Assembly: GCF_036321535.1 (NCBI RefSeq) | Contig: NC_087437.1 | Span: 64,172,001 to 64,236,000, forward strand | DNA: 64,000 nucleotides | Direction: 5' to 3' | DNA from: Camelus dromedarius | Lineage: Eukaryota | The notes under the pieces: generated by a model | Told to the model about the DNA's origin: nothing | Seen by the model: the letters and a program-made list of their open reading frames with translations, nothing else | Database searches by the model: none | Made by a program: the position numbers and the translations under genes | Shown here: piece by piece, positions 35,756 through 50,401 of the stretch | Position numbering within the stretch: position 1 is the stretch's first letter | Layout: the number at the start of each line of letters is the position of its first letter

Positions 35756-38700
35756 CTCTGCAGCTCTAGAAACAATAATTTTAAGTGATCTCATCTCTGT
35801 GTGTACATGTTATCTATCTGTTATTATGTCTCCCTGTACTTTGGGGATTGACTGGAACATCCCACAGCCTGGTCCTACCTGTGACCTGCTGGGCCCCCAA
35901 CACACCCTCACTCTCAAGGGCGCACTAGGATTCTGCTGTGAGATGAAGAGTCCTTGAGGTCAGAGAGGCATCTTATGTTATCAAATCTAGCACTTCACAT
36001 TGATACAACGTTCCAGACTCAGAGCCAGGACTGGAACTCAGGTCTTCTGCCCCTCTCCTCCTGCATCTCCCCTCCCTACCCAACCCAGTGAGTATAAACC
36101 AGTTTCATTTTTTACAAAAAAAAAAAAAAGAAAGAAAGAAAGAAAAAAGTCCAACCAAGACTTTTTGTTTCCCCAAATCCTTACGCAGAGGTTGGATGAG
36201 AAAAAACTGGGAGCTCACATAAGATGTTCAGGGACCCCCAAGGAACATCCAGAAAAGCCTGATTCCTGATTGTCAAGGGGGCAGAGGGCCAGCAGACATT
36301 TATAGAGGATCAGCCTGGCAAGGCTGAAGATTGGTGGATGGAGTGTGTGCACTTGGGAAGAAGGTGCTGCCAGGTCCAATTCTTTTGAACATTGATCATG
36401 GCACTACTGTTCTTAATCACCCTCCTGTATCCCACAGGGAAAAACCAAGGAGACAGCAATTCAGATCAATACCATACAAACAAACAATTCACTACTTTCA
36501 TTGAGGACTGAGGTGGTAGAATGGATACAGAAGGCAAAGAACAAGGTCACTGATTACAAGTGCATGTTACCTTGTGATATAGCCCTTAGGACCCAGGGCT
36601 GAGCTCCAATGCCCTGCCACCCACAACCCCAGCACCTGGATGTTCCCCATGGTTTTCAAGTGTTGGCTTTGTTACTGCCTGGATACAAGATCAATGAGAC
36701 CAACAGTGACAGTAAACTCACCTGGTCATCATTTATCGAGCACCTACTATGTGCTGGGTACTGTGCTAGAAGCTATGGGTGCAACAGTAGGCAAGACATG
36801 CCTCTGACTGATCTCCCTGGATGGATGTGAATCAGCATAACTAGAACACAGTTACTAGCATTGCCTCAACATCTGTGATATAATTTACTGTTTGTTTTTT
36901 TTCCCGTGTGGGTTTATCTGGGTGGCCTGATGGCTAATAAGGAGTTATCCAAAGGACTTGGCATCTAGGGTTTGGGCTGAGAAGGCTAGGCTTCCACCAC
37001 CTTAGCTGTTCCCTCAGTGCCGGGTCCCCTCTCCATGCCTCTGATTCCTCACTTATCAAGTGGGACTAAGTGTGTACCTTGTACCTGTGGGGTGGACAGA
37101 GGCAAAGCCAGGCACCTGAAATCTGAACTGTTGGGAGGGAGTATTGGTTATTTATACATCGGGGTCTGAACCCCAGTGAGTCTTGGGATCATTCTTTGCC
37201 TCATCCAGTCACCTTGATCACTAACAGTGACTGTGTGTGTGCGTGGTCGTGCATGCTGAAAATAGTTACCTCTAATAAATGAGTTTTCTTCACATTCAGA
37301 TCTTTGCATTTGAATCTAGCCATCACTAATTTGGTCCTAAATTTATGACAAAGCTTAACTAACTTGTCTTAAGTGTATGACCGGAGCCAAAGCAAGTGGC
37401 TTGACTAACAGAGTTTCATTGAATAGGCTGAACTGAGGCCTTCTTTTACAGCTTGTGTGGGCACCATCTGGATTTCACTGGCATACTGCTATACTGTTGT
37501 GAACTTCCCTCTCTCTGACTTTTGGTGTGATGTCTGCCTTAGCTGAGGAGATGGCTCTCTGATGGATAATCTGGAAAGGGATCTTTGTCTATGCCATTCG
37601 CTGTCTCAGATGGAGGAATCTCCTCCAAGACTCTCTTTCCTAAAAAACTTCCCTTATAACCAGCTTGAATGCTAGAAAGTACCAGCTGGGAGCAGAGTTC
37701 TGAAAGGGAAGGGGATGCCAGACTTCCTGTGGCTCTGTCGTGTCTGCTCCTCTTTCTCTGCTTTAGTGCTTTGCTTCAGTGAGCATGAGAGATGAAAATC
37801 AAACCTTGCAGAATGCACTTAATCCTGACATTAGTCAGGGGCTCACCAATGAGAAATGATGACACTTGGTACCTCCAGAGTGGGGGAAAAAAAGATGGCT
37901 TCCAGTCCAGTTTGCTGCTGGGCACAGTAGGGAAAGCAGGGACCTGGGAGGGATGGTGATTGGGCATGGGAGAATTTGACCTTGAGCACACTTCCCAGCA
38001 GTTGGACTTCACATCCTCCTCCACTCTGACTTGAAACAGGAGGACAAGGATTCCACTAGGCTTTCCCTGAGCACGTGAAAGCTTTAAAGGCAAAGCTGTG
38101 TGCTGAGTCCCACCAAGACACTGCCCTCATTGATCTGTGTTTAATAAGGATGACTTAATCAGACTTGCACCTGGAACTCATTTGAATTTGAAGCCTTCTC
38201 AATATTATCAGAATATCTTTGCATTTGAACCAAGACTGTCTCTGGCCTCTTGTGAGATAGGAAGGGCTGGTACTGGAGGATGGCTGGTGACCATCTGTTC
38301 TGCCATCCCCTGAGGATCAAATTAGAGGAGATAGGTTTAAATCCCCAAAGGAGGAGGCTGGGTTAGAAATGAGGGAGCCTTCTCCATCTTGAATAGAGAT
38401 TACAGTCACTTCTTGATTTTCCAGGAGTGGTTAATTTCCTTTTTTGTGGATTACTTGTAGGGAATGTTTTGTCTCAGGCCAGCTTCTAGTTACATCCAGC
38501 ATCTAGCTCCACTATTGGTAACCCATCTGATTGCCAGTATCTTCAGAAAGTGGATTGTCCTTTTAGTCTCCACCTGAGCCAAACATCATTTGGAAAGTAA
38601 ATCTGCTACATATTAGGTATATGTGTGTATGTAAATATACTCATATACATCCACGTATAAACATAAATGCAATGCATTATAAGGCTGTGTAACAGTTTGA

Positions 38701-40009
38701 TCATTCAGTATTTTGAATGACCTGCAGCTCTGTTCTTCTGCCAGAGTTGAAGTGAGGTTGCCCTAAGGGAGATGGCTTCAGGAAAATGGCTGGTTGGGTT
38801 GCAACTTACATCCATCCTTACTTGCTAACCCCACTGATCCACCTGAGCCAAAAACTCCCTCCAAACTGCACTAGTCATTGTCTTGAGGCCCCCCAGGAGC
38901 CCTGCTTTAAGTACAAAAGAGCTGCAGTTGGTTCTCAATTATTCAGGGATGGGTGGATCCAGTGTGTAAAGCATCTGACTCCAGACTCTTCTTTCCCTTC
39001 TTTTGGTGCCTTAAGTAACTCTACGCCTGTAGTGAGAAGCTGGGGAGATCTTATCGTTTAATACAAACTTGTTTCTAGCAGCCTCTTCCTTCTGCTCCTC
39101 TTCCCTCAAGGTGCCAGGGGAAACTAGGAGCCTTCCACGAGATCTCATCCACCCCGAAGCAGACTGCCTTCAAGGCTCACACGTTGCTCTATTGGCCAGG
39201 GTGTGTTTCTGCCCAAAAGCGGGAGAGAGGAAAATACCACCAGTTCTGGCTTCTGCAGGGTCAGATCCCTGTAGCTTTTCCAGGACCTTGGTTTTCTTCC
39301 TTTCTCCCTTTTGTAGAGCCACCTGCACTTGCAGTTTATGGAGTCATCTGGTAACCCGGGGCCCCATCAAGAATCTGCATGAAGAGCAGTGTCCTTATGG
39401 CAAAAGCTCCCAAACAGGCCAGCTCAAAGGAACAGTTCTGTGAATGTCCCCAAGACCAAAGGTCATTTTCCTGCATAGACCAGATGCCCTGGGGCCATCT
39501 GCTTCCTTTTAGCATCTCTTTTGCTTCCAGAGTGAGTCTCTCTTCATATGCTGGGCTCAGTCTAGAGAGCAAGGCTGAAGTGACCTCTGTGTACAGGCAA
39601 CAGTAGCTTGGTCCCACTCAACACTAATTCACTGGTTCTTATTAGAATCATCTGGAGCGCTTTGAAGACATATAGATGGCCAGCCTCATCCTAGACCTTA
39701 ATTGAGTCAGAATTCCTGAGGCTGGAGCCTGGCATTGGTTTTTGTTTTTTTTTTTTTTAGCTCCTAATATGCAGCCATGGTTGACAGCCACTGACCTAAA
39801 TCTTTCCTAGGTTCCACCTGGCCTCATGCCAATGGCGTGCAGAATCTCTTTGGCCTCAGCCCTTCAAAACAACCAGGTCCTTTCTAGTAGGCATCAGCTA
39901 GAGCTCCTGGCGTTCGGATCATAGCTACTGTTTGTGTCCCTGTGTTCTGAATTTAATGACTTTCTATTATAAGCTGATTGTGGGAGCTCCCTTGTGTAAC
40001 TTCTTTGTG

Positions 40010-40400
40010 ATCATTTTTTTTTCTTAAACAGCATTTATAAAAGTAATGCATATTCATTCAACAGTTTTACGTATTTTTTTCTAGATACATGTGTAGTAAG
40101 ATTGTGATTGTACTGTCTGTGTTGTTTTGTAACCAGCCCTTTTCATTTAATAACATATTGTGATAATTTCCCCATGTCTCAAGCATTTTTCTAAAATGGG
40201 CTTTTTAGTGGCTGCCCGGTATTCCATCACATGGATGTATCATAATTTATTTAATGAATCTCCTGTGGGTTGGCCATGTAGGTTGTAAACCATTTTTTAC
40301 TGTTATAAATAATGCTGCAGTGAACATCCTTGTATATAAATCTTTGTGCCTATTGATGATTATTTCCTCAGAACAGTTTTCTAGAAGTGGAAAATGCATG
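40010..40400 (-). mobile_element. Ancient L1 (L1ME-like) fragment
   Basis: tattccatcacatggatgtatcataatttatttaa and aataatgctgcagtgaacatccttgta. Confidence 0.8.
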
Positions 40401-40759
40401 CTTCTTTTTAACATGGGTCATTTAGACAACTTTTGACTGACTTCCTAGAGCAAGAAAAAATTTTCATATTCAGAACTAGAAAAACAGACTATTTTTACTG
40501 AACTTCTCTGAGGCGTCAAGCTGGCTGCTTTGCCCTTACCTGAGCTGAAGGTCAGAATCCTTGACCTAGCTTTGTGCCTGGGTTCCACCTCCAGGTCAGT
40601 TCCACAAATTGCTGCCTCACCTTTCAGGTGAGTTCCAAGCCTCTGCTGCCCCTAACCCACAGCATCTTCTTCTTTCACCTCTTTAGCCTTTTCCTCTTCA
40701 CACCTCCAGCTCCAGAACTATCAGCATTCAGCACTGCCTTCAAGCTATTGTCCCATAAC

Positions 40760-41010
40760 AACTATTATTTACTGAGCTGTTACTATGTACCCGACAGTCT
40801 GCTAAACTTTACATACGCCTTGTCTCTTTTAATCCTCATGTGCCTTATATGCACATGTTATTTTTGTCTCCACTTTCTATATGGGGAAACTGAATCCTTG
40901 AGAGAGAAAACAATTTGCCCAAGGTCACACAGCTAATAAGTAGTAGAGCTGGGATTTAAACCCAGACTGACTTCAGAGTCTACAAACTTAACCACGACAT
41001 ACGCTTTTCT
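40760..41010 (-). mobile_element. MIR SINE
   Basis: ggggaaactga, ttgcccaaggtcacacagctaataagtagtagagctgggatttaaacccag. Confidence 0.9.
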
Positions 41011-41759
41011 CCATTCTTGGCTTATGGTGTCCATAAGTTGTTCCCAAATTCTCCACCAGCATCCCGTGGGCATATACTGTGGCTTTCTTGTTGGCAGAAG
41101 CAGAGGCAGCAGAAGGGTGGTTCTCACATACAGATGCAGAAGAGTGGGGATGCTATTCACCAAAGCTCCCTTTTCCTTTTGATTTCCTTGATTCTGTCCT
41201 CACTTCTTTCTCCAGACACCCAACTCCAGAAAACATTTCATGCCTCCTCACTGACCAGCTGCAAAGATCCCAGCATGCCTTGCAGCTGAGCAGGTCCACG
41301 TTATGACATATCCCTATTATAGCTTCCCCACCCAGTCAGAAGAATTTGGATGCTGCTTTCCCAGTGTGGCTTATAAAGCTGTCAGGGAGGCATGCAATAG
41401 TAATGATGATGGGGGACTGGCAGCCTGACTTCTGTTGGATGTCAAATACTGCTTAAAGTAGAGAATGGGATACATTTTTGCATTCTTGCCTCTGTAACAT
41501 AGTCATTACCCAGAAGGTAGAGAAATGGCAACCCAAGCTGTCCTTCTGATTTGATTCTGACCATGACCAAGAACTGGGTGGTGATGTGACAGTGCTTGGA
41601 TGAGAGACACCATTTCAGCCTGGTGTTAATGATGGCCAAGGAAAGAAATGACATGCCCACAGACCTCCCCTAGTCTTTAAGAAGTCTGATTTGGGGATGT
41701 ATGATCGTATAATTAGGAATTCCAAAAGGGAAGATGGTCTGTGGCAGGTGAAATTCTGA

Positions 41760-42520
41760 AAAATGAAGCTTCACATTTTTATCCATGACTTAGATGAAAC
41801 TGGAGTAAGCGAGCCTTTCAAATTTGTTGATGACAAGGCTGTGATGGGCAGCTCCTATAAAAGACGGAATAAATACTCCAAATGATCTCAACAGACTGGA
41901 ATGCTGGGTTTAAACCAACAAGATGAAATTTAGCAGGGGCAGATGGAAAGTCATGTTTAGATCGCAGAAATTAATTACTCAAGTTCATGAGGGGTCTGGG
42001 AGTAGGAGAAGACTTGATTTGGCTGCAGATCCTGAGAGAAACATCCGACGGGTTTAATTGTACACAGGCTTCATAGGAGCTGACAGGGTGATGGGATTGC
42101 TCAAAACAATACCATCTTAAATGGCATTAAGAGGCAGGGTCCAAATTGGGTCCACCCTGGTCATTATGTCCTCATTTCTGGACATGGATTTTAGAGGGGA
42201 CCCTGACCAACTCAAGCATGATCACTGGAGGCCACCCAGTGTCAGGAGGGGGTTGGGAAATCCAGCCACAAAAGGCTTAGTGAAGGGAGCCCGTCTGTTT
42301 AGAGAGGGAGAAATTCCCCAGGGGTCATGTGGCTTACTGCAGAAGAAACAGGACTTCCTATAGAAGAGAACATCAGCCTGAAAGAACTAGAAGACTCCAG
42401 AGTGGAAAGTACAGGAAGCTGGATTTTTCACAATCTGCATCTTCCCAACCAGATGGGTTCCAGTCAAACAGCACCAGCTGGCAGTCCTGCTGCCTGGGAC
42501 GCTGTTGGGGAACTCCTGCC
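41760..42520 (+). mobile_element. CR1/L3 LINE, RT and 3' region
   Basis: Translates FIHDLD (41778), KFVDD (41820) and NDLNRLECW..NKMKF: degenerate CR1 RT motifs. Confidence 0.85.
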
Positions 42521-42613
42521 CCAGAGACAGACGACTGAACTGGCAGTGTACCTCTATCTCTATGTGGCTCTGAGGCTGGAGGACTCCCGCTTCCTTTCCT
42601 GAATGCTGCAGAG

Positions 42614-42802
42614 CAGTGCTTCTCAAAGTGAAAATCACTTTGAGCAGCAGAATCAGCCCCACCAGGAACCTGTTAGAAATGCAGCCATTGTTGGGCCGAA
42701 CCCCAGACCTGCTAATTCAGCACCTCCCTGGTAGGGCCCAGCAGCCTGCTCTTTAACAAGCTCTCCAGGCTGTTCTGATGCGTGCTGAAGTTTGCAACAG
42801 TG
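42614..42802. mobile_element. MER5A DNA transposon, near full length
   Basis: cagtgcttctcaaagtg, tgttagaaatgcag, aacaagctctccagg, gaagtttg; hAT-like 8-bp flanks ctgcagag / ctttagac. Confidence 0.85.
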
Positions 42803-44181
42803 CTTTAGACCATCCTGGATTGTTCTTTCTGTTGCTGGATGCTTGTGGTACTCCTACAACCCACAGCCTTCAGCTGCAGAAGCAGTGTAGAACCTTGGAA
42901 GGAGGTTAAGGCTAAGACAGGCTAGGGTTCAAACCCAGCTTGACTGGCTTTTGGTTGTGGGTTTTATATAAGTTCCTTTCCCACTCCAAGCCTCCTTTTC
43001 ACAGTGTAGAATGAGGGAGGGCTAGTTTAAAGAAGGATTAAAGAAGTACCATAGCTCTGCTTTAACAGTATAGCAGCTACAGATGCTCACTGTTAGTACC
43101 AGGTCATCCTGGGAAGGGTCTTATCAGCATTGGAGTTGCCTTTCCTATAGAAGCCTGTCTTCCCAGTGAGCTTCCCTGAGCCCCTCAAAGAGAAGCCTGG
43201 GTGTGGGCTCCTCTGTGTCCCCTCACAGCGCCCACCGGCATGGCACTCTCTCAGTTAACTCTTGGGCTGCCTGTTCTCTCCCTCCTGGACAGTGGAGCAC
43301 CCACCGGCATGGCACTCTCTCAAGTAACTCTTCGGCCACTTTCCTTCCCACCCCGATCCAAGACCCCCATCTTTGGGAGCACGTGTGGGTACATACTTCG
43401 AGTGGACTTGCGTCTTGCCAAACCTGATCTTCTGAGGTCTGTGAGTCTAGACCGCCTGCCCTCAGCGTGCACTTTTATCTGTTAAAGCCACCAATGAAAG
43501 ATCTTGGAGCCAAAACATCTCATGGTAGCCTCTAACTTTAAATAGGCAAGAAGCCTGGGTTGCTGGCGTCAGCCAGGTGAGGAATTCAAGTGGGCCCTTC
43601 TTGGAGCTGGAAGTTGCTGGAGTCGCCTCCACAAGTCCCTTTTGAGTGGCCAGCAGTGGTGTCTTCAGTTCCTCAGAGGCGGAGCTCTTCTCCCCACAAG
43701 GTAGCCCGTTTGATTTTTGGTCAACAAGTCTGACAGAGAATCCTATTTCTCTGAAGTCTGCATCTCTCCCCATGGGCTCCATCTCTTCCCCACACGGCTG
43801 TTCTGAGCAAACCCAGCCACTTCCATGCCACAGCTTTTCAAACACTGGAGACCTGTTGCCTTTCCCCTCTCCTCCACTTCCATTAGTCCTCTGCTTGTCT
43901 CTTCATCTCTGGTAACAGGACTCGGAACATCCTCCCACTTGTCTTAAGTTGAGGTCACCAAAAGCAAACCTGGTCCTCTGGGTGAGGCCTGGCCAGCACA
44001 CCCTTGTGAGTCCAGGTACCACCCCTTCTATTAATGCAGCCTGCCTGTTTTCAGCAGCCACATGGCCCTGCTGACTTTTACTGAACTTACAGCCAATCAA
44101 TACCCCCTGGACTCTTTACCATAACCTGGGATCTGAGGGACCAACGAAACCAGCCCCATCTCCTGATTTTGTCTTTGTGCT

Positions 44182-44660
44182 TGCATTCATATAGCTAGGG
44201 CTGCCATGACAAAGCACTACAAACTGGGCGGCTTAAACAACGGAAGTGTATTTATTGTTGCATGGTCCTGGAAACCAGAAGTCTGAGATCAAGGTGTTGG
44301 CAGGGCTGGTTCCTTCTGAGGGATATGAGGGAAAACCTGTTCCATGGCTCTCTCCTAGCTTCTGGTGCTTTCCTGGTAGTCTTTGGTATTCCTTAGTTTA
44401 TAGAAGCATCACCCTAAGTTCTACCTTCGTCTTTGCATGGTCTTCTTCCTGTGTGCCTGTCTCAGTTTTCCCTTTTGTGAGGACACCAGTCATATTGGAG
44501 TAGGGGCCCTCCCTAACCCAGTATGACCTCGTCTTAACTAATTACATCTGCAGCAGCCCTATTTCCAAATAAGCTCACATTCTGAAGTACTGGAGGTTAA
44601 AACTTGAACATACGAGATGGGGGAGTTGAACATATGGGGGACACAGTCCAACCCACAACA
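44182..44660 (-). mobile_element. MLT1C-type MaLR solo LTR
   Basis: TG...CA termini, perfect 5-bp TSD gtgct (44177-44181 and 44661-44665), canonical MLT1 motifs. Confidence 0.92.
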
Positions 44661-44689
44661 GTGCTGTAGCTTTTTCGGTCTTATGTTTG

Positions 44690-45260
44690 GGACTCTACAT
44701 TTTCCCCTAATTTATTTTATGTTGTCTGAGTTCAGTCCACCTCTCTAGCTGATTAAGATATTTTGGATTCTGACATCCAGTGTATCTGCCATTGCTCCCA
44801 GCTTCAAATGCTTCCAGTGTATGATCCAAGAAATTAATAAGCTGTGGGACTGGACAGAGCCCTGCAGCATGCACCTGCACTCATCCCTCCAAGGGGCCTT
44901 GATCCCTTGGTGAGTACCCGTGGGTATTTGTGACTGTGCAACCAACTACATACCCCACTAATATTGCCACTTTTTGCTTGTTTCCAACAATTTCATGAAG
45001 AGCTTGTCACATATTTTCAAGATTAGCTTGAAATGGTGTGAACCCCATTTCCCTGGTCTACCAGCCTGCTGGCCCCCTGTCAGTGGAGGAGCTGAGCTCT
45101 GCCTGACAGGACCTCCTTACTGAACACACACTGTCCATGGGCTCCACTGCCTTTCCCAAGTGCCTACCCCACTGATTGTATCATCTCTTCATGAATTTCC
45201 TTAAGCGGTACATCGACTTTCCCTCTCTGTAGTTTGCAAAACCCACCTCAGGCCCCTTTC
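44690..45260 (-). mobile_element. CR1/L3 fragment
   Basis: Antisense L3-like motifs ttttggattctg, gctcccagctt, ggacagagccctg, ttgtcacatatttt. Confidence 0.6.
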
Positions 45261-45769
45261 TGGAAACGAGCCCCTGTAGCGCCTGCCAGGATGCTGTCAG
45301 AGTTGCCGCGCCACCCCCACAGCTGCTCCGGGCCCCATTTGCAGGTTCCCTGGGATGCGCGCCTGGGCCAAGGGGCTTGAACTCATTCGGAGCAGCTGGA
45401 GCTTTTGCAGTCCTTTCACCAGCCTCGCCTGGGGCCTCCTATGCCTGAGGCATCTCTCACTCTTTCCTTCCCATGGAATCCCACACCCTGAGGGAGACAA
45501 CGGGGAAGACAGGAGCTGAAGGCAGAGCTGCCAGCCACCAGAGAAGTCCCCAAATCTGGACCCCACGTGGGTTCCCGTGCAGCATTGTTCCCCCTTCCAG
45601 CTCCCCTTCTCCACATTTCTCCCCCTTCTAAAGTCTCCCCTCTCTCCTTTCTATTGCTCTGTGGCTCCCTGAGAGTAAGTGCGTGGGCGGAGGTGAGGTG
45701 TGTGACCAAGGGGATGGCTGGCTGGTGGGGGAGGAGTGCTGGGTGCTGAGGGCCTTGGAGGACGCTGAA

Positions 45770-45990
45770 ATGGAAGGCAGGCTGGAGCCATGCAGACCTG
45801 GGTTTGAATTCTGGCTCTCCCATTCACTTGTAGGGTGACTTTGGGCTCTGGGAAAGTATTTCTCCTCTCTGAGGCTCAGTTTCCTCATCTGTAAAATGGC
45901 TATCACTCCTACTTCAGAGCGTGGTCACGGGGATTGAATTATATGAGTTCCTTTTAGTAAAGCAGGTCACCTGGAAAAGTACCTGGGGCC
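45770..45990 (+). mobile_element. MIR SINE
   Basis: ggctggagcca, ctgggtttgaattctggctct, ctctgaggctcagtttcctcatctgtaaaatgg. Confidence 0.9.
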
Positions 45991-48900
45991 TGAAGGACCA
46001 ACCAAACAGGTCCTTCTGCAGAGGGTACTGGCCAGTGGAGCCTGATGTGGAGGGTGGGGAGGAGGTGGGGTCACAGCCTGGGCCCCACACATGGGGATGG
46101 GGGCCAGGATGCAGTGAGGCCACTGGAATGGAGAAGACAGAGTGAGTGAGAGAAATGGGGGAGGAAGAAGCCCCAGGACTGAGCAATTTGCAGAAAAAGA
46201 TGGAGGGCTCTGAGGATTTCCTAGTTTACTTTGAGCTTATGTTGTGCCAGGCCACTTAAAACGTTCTTTTATGTAGTTTAGCTCATGAAAGCCCAAAGAT
46301 GGCTCTAGTACCCCCGTTTATGGATGGGCGGACTGAAACATGGAGATATTAGGTAGCTAGTAAGCGCATCTCTGGGCTTCCAACCCAGGTGGGCCGCTGC
46401 CTCCCAGCTCACGCTCTCCACCGCCTCACCCACATGCTTTTCTGCTCCTCCTTTCCCTTCATCCATCATGTCGTCTCCATCCCCAGTTCCATCCTGCAGG
46501 ATCCTCACAGCATCTAGTCCTCATGGTTGTGGGGTGGGGCTCAAGGCTCTGCCCTTCTCTAAGGACACTTCTCAGGGCACCGTCCATGAAGTCCTGGCTC
46601 ACATCCTTGTCTGGTCTCCCCACTCCCATCATCAGTCTCCAAAAGGAGGGATTTAAGTTAGAATCGGGGAAAGCATCCTGAGTATGAATAGCAGGAGAAG
46701 TTAAAACAGCTGATCTCTGGCAACTCTGGCAGGACCTCACTGGAGATCTTTAGGGCTGGGTGGAGGAGTGGAGGAGGAAGAAGATGGCGGAGGTGGTGTG
46801 GCTGCTCTGTCCTGGACCTCTGAGACCTGTGGCTCCAGATGCAGGATGACCGGCAGCGAGGTGCCCCTCTTGGCCAGTTGGCTGCAGCTCCTCATTAACC
46901 CATGGCTTTAATTACTCTTCACAGCCTGGTCCTGCTGGGAGAGGGGGTTGCTCTGAGATTGTCCTACTGTGCTAAATGTCTGAAGCGGTTTCCATTTGAG
47001 AAACTCCTCTCCTTGAGAGGGCAGGACTGGGGAAGAGGGGTCCCCATAGGTCTGGGACCCAAGTGGGATAGGAATGGGTGGGGCATGGTTGTGGCTGTCC
47101 CCAGCTCTGTCCTGCCTGGTCACCTGTTGGGGGAAACCTTCCTGACTATGAATTAAGCCTCCTGCTGACAGTTTGGTGCTGTGACCTCATCCAGGGGCTC
47201 TGCCAGAGGGAAATGAAGAGGGGGCAGAAAGGCACACAGGACAGTAGGCACAGGTAGCCCTAGGGGTGGATGAATACCTCCAGCCCCAGGGATTAATTCT
47301 GGAGTGACCGACTTCGTATTCTCAAATACAGCTAACTTGTGTGAGGACCTCCTCTGAGCCAGTCTCTCATTTTAGTCCTCAGGGAGACCTTAAGGGAGAG
47401 ATTAGCCCCCAATTTACACATGAGGAAAAGACCTCAAGAGGTTAAGAAACTTACCTAATATTGCACAACTATATGGAGGTGAGGGAACCCAGGCCGCAGT
47501 GAACCCAAAGCAAGTGCTCTTTCCACCTGATGTTGGGTTTCTCCCTATAGCCTGATACCTGCCTACAGGCTCCTGTAGACCAGGAGTTCCAGGGAAATGC
47601 ATTTAGTGGCAGAGGGGAGGCTGGAGACCAGAGGGTTCAAGCATTTTGGGTTGGCAGTGTTTTCTGCTGGAATGCTCTTCATAAGTGCTGTCACTGCTGG
47701 GAGGCCCAGGGCTCTGGGCTTCTCCAGGTCATTCTGTGTCATGCAGAGGGGATGGGGAAGCTTTTATAGGAAGCTGTCCTACCGTTCCATAGCACAACCA
47801 TGCTCTCCCTCTCTTCCTCCCCACTACTTTCCCCTCTCTCCTTCCCTCCCCAGCCCTGTACTGGTTCCCAGGCTCCCCTTCTCCTGTGACCTCCCTGGGG
47901 CAGCGGGCTTGGTATCTTCCTGAGCCCTCTAGTGACTGCTCCTGGCCTTGCACCTCTGTCAGAACCCTGTCCTGGGCACTTTCTGAGCCTCCAGGTTGGA
48001 ACCTTGGGTCACAGGCTGTGTGTGCAGGTACTTATTGGGAGCAGGGTGGGGGGCTGTTAATTTCACAGAGATCCAAGGCAGTCTGCCACCCTACCGAGGA
48101 CCCACTTCCCATCCCAGTCTGAATTCAGATTTCCACTGGTCCTGGGCAAAACTCCAGACTTCATCTCCTATTTTCCCATGTGCACAGGGCATCTGGGTAA
48201 ATCAATGCCCAGGATGAGCCCCAGATGTCCCACAGTCCCCTGTGTTGGGCCCACACAACCCCTAGCTTGCTCATCTGTGACAAGGAGGCTGGACCAGGGT
48301 GACCAGGTCCTGGACACTCAATGTGCCTAGTGTTCTGCTCTCTAAACACCAGTCCCCTAATCCCCAAGGACCATTCCAACAGCTGTTCCCTCATGTTATG
48401 GGTGGGGAAACTGAGGCTCTGATAATTAAGTAGCCAGCCCCAAGTCACACTTTATCTCATTAGCTCTCTCTGTTTCCTTGCAGCCCTGACAGGTGAGGGC
48501 TTGCAGGAGGAAGAGGCTCAGTAGCTCACTGGAGGGGCTTACTAACCCCCCTCCTTCTGTACGTTCAACAATGGCCCTCGGGCCTGTCCACTTGAGAGCA
48601 GGCTCTCAGGACAGCTGGTCCATGTGAATCGTGACCCTGCCCCCATGTTCAAGGGAATCCCCTAACCTCAGTGACAGCCCCATGTCTGCACAGCCCAGAC
48701 GTTCAGCCCAAATCTCACTGCATATTTGTCTTAGAGGTTTAAGGTGGTGAGGCTGGTGAGAGGATTTAGAGAAGCTCATGTCTCAGAAGCTCCGATAGAA
48801 ATCAAACTCTATTTGCTGCAGGTCTCAGATTATTTTATCTGTGTTAAGGAGACCCGTTTCATGGGTCTGACACAAGCTGGCATCCTTCATGAGGGTGTGA

Positions 48901-49954
48901 AGGTCGATGGGAGGGAGACTGGGCTTCAGACTGCAGGCTGCAGGTCCCCTCTTAGAGGCATCAGAGAAACCACTGTTTCTCCTGTTGGTCTTGCTCTGAT
49001 GGACTATGCCAAAATTCTTCCTGGTTCTAAATTGAAAACCTTGTGAAGTGTTTGCATTGTGAGTACGAGTGCTTGCAGTGAACTGGAGAATCCCAGGGCT
49101 TGGAAGGACCTGAGATGGCATGCAGTGCAGGGAGTGGGAGCTGGGGTGTGGGGGCTGTGGCAGTTCTGGAGTTTCAGCCACACCAGACGGGGAATTTGGC
49201 TTCTCGGCTGATCTAGCCCTCCTCCCTGAGTGATGATAGACATTGATGGAAGATGGGCTCCTCTGGGTGTGGGAAGGTCACAGTCATTCTCAGGTTTTGA
49301 AGAGATAACCTTCTAGAGTTCTCATTATCTGGTAATAATATTTACACTTCAGAGTGAGAGGGGAGAAGCCAGGGTTATATGGCCTTGATCAGATGGGGAT
49401 GCTGAGACGTGGGGAAATGGCAGCATCTCTGTGCTACAGCTCCTGCAGCCTCATCCCCCACATGCCTGTCCACCTGCAGCAGGGTGAGCCCAGGTGGGCG
49501 GCAGCTGGCGTTGGGACCCAGGGTGGGGTCTGTGACATTGCCTGCTCAGTCCTCTGGTCTGCAGTAGTTCTCACTGTAGTGCAGTACAGGGACCTTCTTT
49601 GAGTTCACAGACTCAACTCCTTGACCTGCCCTGTCAGCCTCTCCAGTTCTTCCTCAGACTACGTGAATGTCCTACAGTGACAAATACTGGCTTGAGCGCC
49701 TTCCACGCATCAGGACTGTGCTGGATGCTGGAGAGATGGGATGAGTAACACACTGCTCTTGCCTTCTGGGAGGTAACAGATCCTGGGAGAGGCAAGAAGC
49801 CCGTTAGCCCCATCATAGGCTAGGAGCGCCCAGCATCGCCCACAGCCCTGCCTGCCACCCCTGCAGGGGTAATTCCCTCATCTTTATAGTCTCAGATAAT
49901 TCATCTTTACTGCTTGGGGCTAAATGATGGTGATGATGCTATTGACAAAACCCA

Positions 49955-50356
49955 TTTTTTCCAGGGAGTTTATTTTATTTTTTTAAAAAAAAAATTTATA
50001 TGATTTTTAAAGCTTACTTTCCATCTAGAGTTGTTACAAAATTTTGGCTATATTCCTCATGTTGCACATACATCCTTGACCCTATCTTATACCCGATAGT
50101 TCGTACCTCCCACTGCCCCACCCCTATATTGCCTCTCTCCTGGCGATAACCACTAGTTTGTTCTCTATGTCTGTGAGTCTGCTTCTTTTTTGTCATATCC
50201 ACTAACTTGTTGTAATTTTTACATTCCACGCTTAAGTGATACCGTACAGTATTTGTCTCTGTGTGATTAATTTCACTTAGCATAATGCTCTCCAAGTCCA
50301 TCCATGCTGCTGCAAATGGCAAAATTTTGTTCTTTTTTATGGCTGAGTAGTGTTCC

Positions 50357-50401
<45 letters not shown>

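Noticed and set aside
46781..46790. YY1-type motif AAGATGGCGG / possible start codon
   Set aside because: Isolated motif with no CpG island, convincing exon or ORF
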